Positions 62,501 through 64,000 of a stretch of DNA of 64,000 bases are shown piece by piece; within the stretch, counting starts at the first letter, position 1, and each line of letters begins with the position of its first letter. This DNA comes from Octopus sinensis (lineage: Eukaryota). The stretch covers positions 21,960,464-22,024,463 of the forward strand of contig NC_043011.1 of NCBI RefSeq assembly GCF_006345805.1, in the 5' to 3' direction. A model generated the notes under the pieces. That model was not told the DNA's origin. It worked only from the letters and a program-made list of their open reading frames with translations, and searched no databases. The position numbers and the translations under genes are program-made.

Positions 62501-63594
62501 TGTCAAATTTACGAGAGGTTGCAGATAGGTTAAATGTATCACACACAACAACAGAAAATTACTTAAAATGTCTTAGACTCATTAAGAAGCTCGATATTTG
62601 GGTTCCACATAAATCGAAAGAGATTCACTTAACACAACAGACCAATATTTACAATATGCATCTCAAACACAATGAAATCAACTTTTTTTTTTTTTTAAGT
62701 GAATCCTCACTGGGGATTGAAAATGGATTGTCTACAATAACATCAATCGGAAACGATCATGGTCCAAGCATAATGAACCAGCACAAACCACATCAAAGCT
62801 AAATTGCATCAAAAAAGGTCATGCTGTCAATTTGATGGGATTACAAAAATGTTGTGTATTTTGAGCTACTTCCAAGGAATCAAACGATTAATTTAGGTTT
62901 TTACTGTCAATAACTAATGAAACTGGAGGAAACAATCAAAGAAAAACAGCCAGAATTGGCAAATTGTAAAAGCATTGTATTCCACCATGACAACGCCAGA
63001 CCACACACATCTTTGCTAACTCGTGAAAAATTATTGCTGCTTGATTGGGAAGTGATGTCACATCCACCATATAGCCTTGACCTTGCACCATCAGATTACC
63101 ATTTATTTCGAAGTTTGCAAAATTCTTTGAAGGGTAAAACTTTCAATAATGATGATGACCTGAAATCACACTTGCTTCAGTTTTTGGCTAAGAACCAGAA
63201 GTTCTATGGGTGCAGAATCATGAAGTTGCCAGAAAGATGGTAATGGGTCATCGAACAAAATGAAAAATATATAACTGATTAAAGTTCATTCTTTGTATAA
63301 AAAAAAAATGCCTTTTCTTTCACAGTAAAAAACCGAAATTACTTTCTTGCTAACCCAATAATTTCAGTTGTTCAATTATTTGTTTTATTTGTTTTTTTTT
63401 TTCTAAATTTCAATTAAATTTTTCAGATTTTATCAATTAAAGGCTCTGAAGTACTGAAATGTGGAATTGTTGCTTACAATGAAGGGACAAAAGATGACAA
63501 ATTCTTTGACATGTCTTGCGTTGATACTAGCATTGATGTCACTATAGGATGTATGCAATTTGTCTTCCTTAACAAATATGTTAATCAGCTATTG
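1566..63594 (+). CDS. VPS13: VPS13A/C-type bridge-like lipid transfer protein, partial multi-exon gene (28 coding exons here; 5' and 3' ends outside the window)
   Basis: Spliced translation follows human VPS13A/C in order: [143 protein letters not shown]. All introns are GT-AG and 26 of 27 junctions are phase-compatible. Confidence 0.97.
1900..2390. repeat. 24-bp minisatellite (CACTCATTGTCTGTCTGTCTGCCT)n
   Basis: Direct tandem units; the ORF track shows an 8-aa period (PHSLSVCL) in several frames. Confidence 0.95.
2841..3010 (+). CDS. VPS13: VPS13 exon 2 ([57 protein letters not shown])
   Basis: ttttcag| and |gtttgg; hallmark IIKNLQV..IH.RYED motif. Confidence 0.97.
3814..3873 (+). CDS. VPS13: VPS13 exon 3 ([20 protein letters not shown])
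   Basis: cacag| and |gttagt; matches VPS13A TTDQYWVPC. Confidence 0.93.
6017..6340 (+). mobile_element. tRNA-headed SINE (family B here)
   Basis: A-box-like TAGCTCAGCGG, B-box-like GTGAATTCAACTCC, followed by a tRNA-unrelated body. Confidence 0.75.
11790..12360 (-). mobile_element. CR1/L2-clade LINE, 3' fragment of RT ORF
   Basis: [39 protein letters not shown] and [17 protein letters not shown] motifs. Confidence 0.92.
15882..16298 (+). mobile_element. tRNA-headed SINE, family A, full length with internal TA/TG microsatellite
   Basis: GGAGTGGCTGTGTGGTAAG head..GTTCAGTCCC..GACTAAAGGCGGTGCTCCAGCATG..AAAAGAAT tail; repeated many times in the window. Confidence 0.9.
16387..16598 (-). mobile_element. 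SINE family E (GGCGAGCTGGCAGAA head)
   Basis: Reverse complement matches copies at 39190, 40165, 44890 and 50445. Confidence 0.85.
16789..17014 (-). mobile_element. piggyBac-type MITE family 2, decayed
   Basis: Reverse complement of the 58220-58447 copy. Confidence 0.7.
17380..17590. repeat. Polypyrimidine (TTTC/CT/TCCC) tracts
   Basis: Visible runs at 17380-17415 and 17500-17590. Confidence 0.8.
18811..19220 (+). mobile_element. SINE family A, diverged copy
   Basis: Same head, body and tail order as 15882-16298. Confidence 0.8.
19376..19745 (+). mobile_element. SINE family A, diverged copy
   Basis: Same motif order. Confidence 0.75.
21518..21598 (+). CDS. VPS13: VPS13 exon 4 ([27 protein letters not shown])
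   Basis: ttttatag| and |gtaagt; matches LIRLDNLFAYWN. Confidence 0.95.
21997..22051 (+). CDS. VPS13: VPS13 exon 5 ([18 protein letters not shown])
   Basis: Long polypyrimidine tract ending ttccag|, donor |gtgagt; phase 0 to 1 fits neighbours. Confidence 0.88.
23870..24000 (+). CDS. VPS13: VPS13 exon 6 ([44 protein letters not shown])
   Basis: catctag| and |gtaaat; aligns with FRPISANAKL..APKINL..IAIEFNKPQ. Confidence 0.92.
24399..24776 (+). mobile_element. SINE family A, 5'-truncated young copy
   Basis: Near-identical to the 15882, 51472 and 57487 copies, with CpGs retained. Confidence 0.88.
25205..25410. repeat. (TA)n/(TG)n microsatellite inside a decayed family A SINE
   Basis: Follows the GGAAACTGAAAGAAG SINE motif. 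Confidence 0.85.
25872..27830. repeat. ~2 kb compound TA/TG/TATG microsatellite with higher-order units
   Basis: Almost purely T/A/G on +; produces spurious 290-650 aa Y/I/V/C/M or H/T/Y/I ORFs. Confidence 0.97.
28361..28467 (+). CDS. VPS13: VPS13 exon 7 ([36 protein letters not shown])
   Basis: atttcag| and |gtaagt; matches MELLESVD..YRKFKPDVPL. Confidence 0.96.
28566..28905 (+). mobile_element. SINE family A, diverged copy
   Basis: GGTGTGGCTGTGTGGTAAG head, CCCAGCATGGCCACAGTC tail. Confidence 0.78.
29106..29362 (+). mobile_element. SINE family A, internally deleted copy
   Basis: Head joined directly to the TG tract and 3' half. Confidence 0.75.
29587..29758 (+). CDS. VPS13: VPS13 exon 8 ([39 protein letters not shown])
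   Basis: cttacag| and |gttaga; WW.YA and SW motifs. Confidence 0.96.
30431..31235 (-). mobile_element. mariner transposon relic
   Basis: [34 protein letters not shown]; TIR-like TACAAAGTGCACTCAAAAAGTGTCC at 30431. Confidence 0.85.
31652..31714 (+). CDS. VPS13: VPS13 exon 9 ([21 protein letters not shown])
   Basis: atttcag| and |gtaagt; matches ELEKTLDVFNITIARQTAEVE. Confidence 0.95.
33137..33448 (+). mobile_element. (GAT)n-tailed retroposon, family D
   Basis: Ends GTTAAACGATGATGATG; 10-bp TSD ACAAA(G/C)GTTG at 33127-33136 and 33449-33458. Confidence 0.88.
34465..34688 (+). mobile_element. piggyBac-type MITE family 2
   Basis: CCCTCTAGCATT..GCAAAAGGG termini; matches 58220-58447. Confidence 0.8.
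34798..34906 (+). CDS. VPS13: VPS13 exon 10 ([36 protein letters not shown])
   Basis: ttttaaag| and |gtaagc; KGWF..W motif. Confidence 0.92.
35011..35336 (-). mobile_element. tRNA-headed SINE family C, tail type 2
   Basis: A box TGGCCCAGTGG, B box GGTTTCGATTCC; TSD TACATTTTGCG at 35000-35010 and 35337-35347. Confidence 0.9.
36366..36743 (+). mobile_element. tRNA-headed SINE family C, tail type 1
   Basis: Same A/B boxes; TSD ATTTTGTAAAAT at 36354-36365 and 36744-36755; CpG-rich, so young. Confidence 0.92.
37584..37684 (+). CDS. VPS13: VPS13 exon 11 ([33 protein letters not shown])
   Basis: ttgtag| and |gtaatg; TPEEK..LY.AIGY motif. Confidence 0.96.
38172..38239 (+). CDS. VPS13: VPS13 exon 12 ([22 protein letters not shown])
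   Basis: cttcag| and |gtaaga; phase 0 to 2 bridges exons 11 and 13. Confidence 0.88.
38414..38491 (+). CDS. VPS13: VPS13 exon 13 ([25 protein letters not shown])
   Basis: taacag| and |gtaagt; QRP.A.AI motif. Confidence 0.93.
39190..39405 (+). mobile_element. SINE family E
   Basis: GAGCTGGCAGAAACATTAGC..GAGTTCAAATT..GGTCGACTTTGCC.. Confidence 0.85.
40165..40378 (+). mobile_element. SINE family E, diverged
   Basis: Same motif order; ends 77 bp before exon 14. Confidence 0.8.
40455..40653 (+). CDS. VPS13: VPS13 exon 14 ([41 protein letters not shown])
   Basis: ttctcag| and |gtaagt; FE.NPLD..AEPL.IIYDA. Confidence 0.97.
41418..41846 (+). mobile_element. MITE family 2 with nested family D insertion (~41528-41745)
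   Basis: MITE body is interrupted at CATCATTT, which occurs on both sides; right end AAAGGG-TTAA. Confidence 0.75.
42471..42665. repeat. AT-rich palindromic minisatellite (TTGTTATATATAACAA units)
   Basis: Six copies of the 16-bp perfect palindrome plus a half copy. Confidence 0.92.
42841..42899 (+). CDS. VPS13: VPS13 exon 15 ([20 protein letters not shown])
   Basis: tttctag| and |gttagt; matches TVNSIVEFFRPPKEVHLAQ. Confidence 0.95.
43608..43760 (+). CDS. VPS13: VPS13 exon 16 ([50 protein letters not shown])
   Basis: ctacag| and |gtaatt; TGL..I and LK.SY.IVP motifs. Confidence 0.96.
44007..44322 (-). mobile_element. Family D retroposon
   Basis: (CAT)n CGTTTAACGTCCG start on +; reverse complement of 33137-33448. 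Confidence 0.88.
44414..45104 (+). mobile_element. Three head-to-tail family E SINEs
   Basis: Copies at ~44414-44625, 44654-44855 and 44890-45104 separated by (ATT)n. Confidence 0.85.
45499..45580 (+). CDS. VPS13: VPS13 exon 17 ([27 protein letters not shown])
   Basis: catctag| and |gtaatt; LLLDLGHLKV-like. Confidence 0.95.
47173..48087 (-). mobile_element. mariner relic with both TIRs, internally deleted
   Basis: TIRs TACAAATTGGGATCGGAAGGCTCCTGGACTAG and CTAATTAGTCCGGAAACTTTTTGATACCACTTAGTA-like; translated [30 protein letters not shown] and [17 protein letters not shown]. Confidence 0.88.
48540..48623 (+). CDS. VPS13: VPS13 exon 18 ([28 protein letters not shown]); 3' phase does not match exon 19
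   Basis: tttctag| and |gtagaa; AYD.F.IQL motif; ends in phase 0 as written. Confidence 0.9.
48783..48845. repeat. (AC)n microsatellite
   Basis: ~31 uninterrupted units. Confidence 0.97.
48845..49568 (+). mobile_element. Internally deleted mariner with long subterminal inverted repeats
   Basis: [18 protein letters not shown] and [14 protein letters not shown] remnants; inverted repeat ~48938-49020 vs ~49487-49568. Confidence 0.8.
49709..49826 (+). CDS. VPS13: VPS13 exon 19 ([40 protein letters not shown])
   Basis: cataaag| (needs phase 1) and |gtaagt; matches GDNWREARK..HILVPM. Confidence 0.9.
50030..50417 (+). mobile_element. Family D retroposon, diverged, with internal duplication
   Basis: GAAGGGCATCCAGCTATAAAAA occurs twice; ends CGTTAAATGATGATGAT. 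Confidence 0.75.
50445..50680 (+). mobile_element. SINE family E with an alternative 3' tail
   Basis: Family E head and body to 50610, then TAATCCCTTTGTCC..AATAAAGAAATAG. Confidence 0.8.
51279..51414 (+). CDS. VPS13: VPS13 exon 20 ([45 protein letters not shown])
   Basis: gattag| and |gtgagt; matches GKLPLISLRISDKKLQ..SIP.P. Confidence 0.96.
51472..51865 (+). mobile_element. SINE family A, full-length young copy
   Basis: GGCGCAGGAGTGGCT head through AAGTAAAAGAG tail; starts 58 bp after exon 20. Confidence 0.92.
52783..52836 (+). CDS. VPS13: VPS13 exon 21 ([18 protein letters not shown]), linker exon
   Basis: Strong ttttttcag| acceptor, |gtgagt donor, open phase 0/0; no sequence homology support. 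Confidence 0.7.
53055..53172 (-). mobile_element. SINE family E, 5'-truncated
   Basis: Reverse complement of 50521-50611. Confidence 0.82.
53735..54248 (+). mobile_element. MITE family 2 with nested family D-like insertion (~53760-54058)
   Basis: TTAA-CCCTTTAGC start, AAAGG-TTAA end; MITE sequence resumes at ATATTCTGCTTG. Confidence 0.8.
54291..54383 (+). CDS. VPS13: VPS13 exon 22 ([31 protein letters not shown])
   Basis: tgtctag| and |gtaaat; aligns with NMTTFKIRFEV. Confidence 0.9.
54488..54644 (+). CDS. VPS13: VPS13 exon 23 ([52 protein letters not shown])
   Basis: ctatcag| and |gtaagt; LG..I.RT(F/Y)D motif. Confidence 0.95.
55007..56292 (-). mobile_element. Penelope-like retroelement (RT thumb, linker, GIY-YIG endonuclease), 5'-truncated and frameshifted
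   Basis: [25 protein letters not shown]; CGRPNCATC; after a frameshift near 55620-55645, [26 protein letters not shown]. Confidence 0.93.
55163..55202 (-). ncRNA. Degenerate minimal type I hammerhead ribozyme in the PLE 3' end
   Basis: AAGAAAT-TTGAAAA-GC tgaac GC-GAAA-C cg G-TC-ATTTCTT: 7-bp stem I, stem II, palindromic stem III, GUC site; core has C3>U and G8>A. Confidence 0.7.
56341..56429 (+). CDS. VPS13: VPS13 exon 24 ([29 protein letters not shown])
   Basis: tttttcag| and |gtatga; LL.LEY.K. Confidence 0.94.
56466..56506. repeat. (GT)n microsatellite
   Basis: ~20 units, 37 bp after exon 24. Confidence 0.95.
56689..56983 (+). CDS. VPS13: VPS13 exon 25 ([47 protein letters not shown])
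   Basis: tttacag| and |gtaaga; PD.K..Y.N..Q.I.V.FS.L motif. Confidence 0.95.
57053..57275. mobile_element. piggyBac-type MITE family 1, decayed right end
   Basis: TTAACCCTTT start; homologous to 1198-1431. Confidence 0.7.
57487..57887 (+). mobile_element. SINE family A, full length
   Basis: Head to (AAAGAGT)n tail. Confidence 0.9.
58220..58447 (+). mobile_element. piggyBac-type MITE family 2 with intact TTAA target duplication
   Basis: TTAA-CCCTTT ... AAAGGG-TTAA. Confidence 0.88.
59041..59172 (-). mobile_element. Family D retroposon, 3' fragment
   Basis: (CAT)n CGTTTAACGTCCG..CTACAGCTGGATGCC. Confidence 0.82.
59390..59590 (-). mobile_element. SINE family E, diverged
   Basis: Reverse complement matches family E. 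Confidence 0.75.
59778..59894 (+). CDS. VPS13: VPS13 exon 26 ([38 protein letters not shown])
   Basis: cttgcag| and |gtatgt; phase 1/1. Confidence 0.92.
61226..61329 (+). CDS. VPS13: VPS13 exon 27 ([35 protein letters not shown])
   Basis: caatag| and |gtatgt; aligns with GLDSEM..AKLRNIIVLDSD. Confidence 0.93.
61577..61700 (-). mobile_element. Family D retroposon, 3' fragment
   Basis: (CAT)n ..TTTAACATCCGCCTTCCATGCTAGCATGG. Confidence 0.75.
62180..62395 (-). mobile_element. RTE-clade LINE, decayed 3' end of ORF
   Basis: [12 protein letters not shown].. followed by a frameshifted [27 protein letters not shown]. Confidence 0.72.
62396..63360 (+). mobile_element. mariner (DD34D) transposon, 5'-truncated and frameshifted
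   Basis: KKLDIWVPH; [25 protein letters not shown] (34-aa spacing); 3' TIR AACCGAAATTACTTTCTTGCTAACCCAA-TA. Confidence 0.93.
63427..63594 (+). CDS. VPS13: VPS13 exon 28 ([56 protein letters not shown])
   Basis: tttcag| and |gtaagt; DM..VD..V..GC...VF..K motif. Confidence 0.96.
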
Positions 63595-63724
63595 GTAAGT
63601 TTCTAAAAGCTCTTTTTTTCCCTTTTATCTCTAATATCCATCCTGGTTTTTATAAATTGTCAATTAAGTTAATGCAGTGGCATTTCAAAAGTCAGTGTAA
63701 TTTTTATTTTATTATACTTTTTAA

Positions 63725-64000
63725 ATATTTAGCATTTAAACCAACCAATATTCTACCTATTTTGTGTTCAGACTGGCCAGATCTGACTTCTCACACCTAC
63801 CCTATAATGTCATTCTAAAAATAAATAATCATATCATATCGAAATCTCAAAACTTTAATGCAAATATTGTAGAGGATATTATCAATAGTTTAACTTATTT
63901 ACTTAACTCTTTAGCATTTAAACCAGCCATACCCAGCCCCAAATATTCTACTTGTTTTATTTTCAAACCAGCCAGATCCGGTCTCTCACACCTACCCTAT
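63725..64000 (+). mobile_element. Two partial MITE family 2 copies (~63725-63855 and ~63905-end)
   Basis: TTTAGCATTTAAACC..AATATTCTAC..CCAGATC..CTCACACCTACCCTA occurs twice. Confidence 0.78.

Overview
AT-rich, repeat-dense animal genomic DNA. The repeat content (tRNA-headed SINEs with TG/TA microsatellite cores, (CAT)n-tailed elements) looks like Octopus or another coleoid cephalopod; this is an inference. The window is the interior of one large + strand gene, a VPS13A/C-type bridge-like lipid transfer protein. I traced 28 GT-AG coding exons between 1566 and 63594 (3205 nt, ~1068 aa), running from the end of the Chorein_N region through the N-terminal RBG repeats. The start and end of the gene lie outside the window. 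All junction phases are consistent except exon 18/19, which is off by one base. The introns hold several SINE families, piggyBac-type TTAA MITEs, four Tc1/mariner relics plus one internally deleted mariner with long inverted repeats, CR1 and RTE LINE fragments, a Penelope-like element (PLE), and large micro/minisatellites. The most interesting signals are a set of decayed minimal hammerhead-ribozyme motifs (best at 55163-55202 in the PLE 3' end), the exon 18/19 frame break, inverted SINE pairs that could form dsRNA in the pre-mRNA, and a CpG-bearing patch in the 17.6 kb intron. No CRISPR, rRNA or true tRNA gene was found. Exon numbers count from the first exon in this window, and repeat boundaries are approximate unless a TSD or TIR is quoted.
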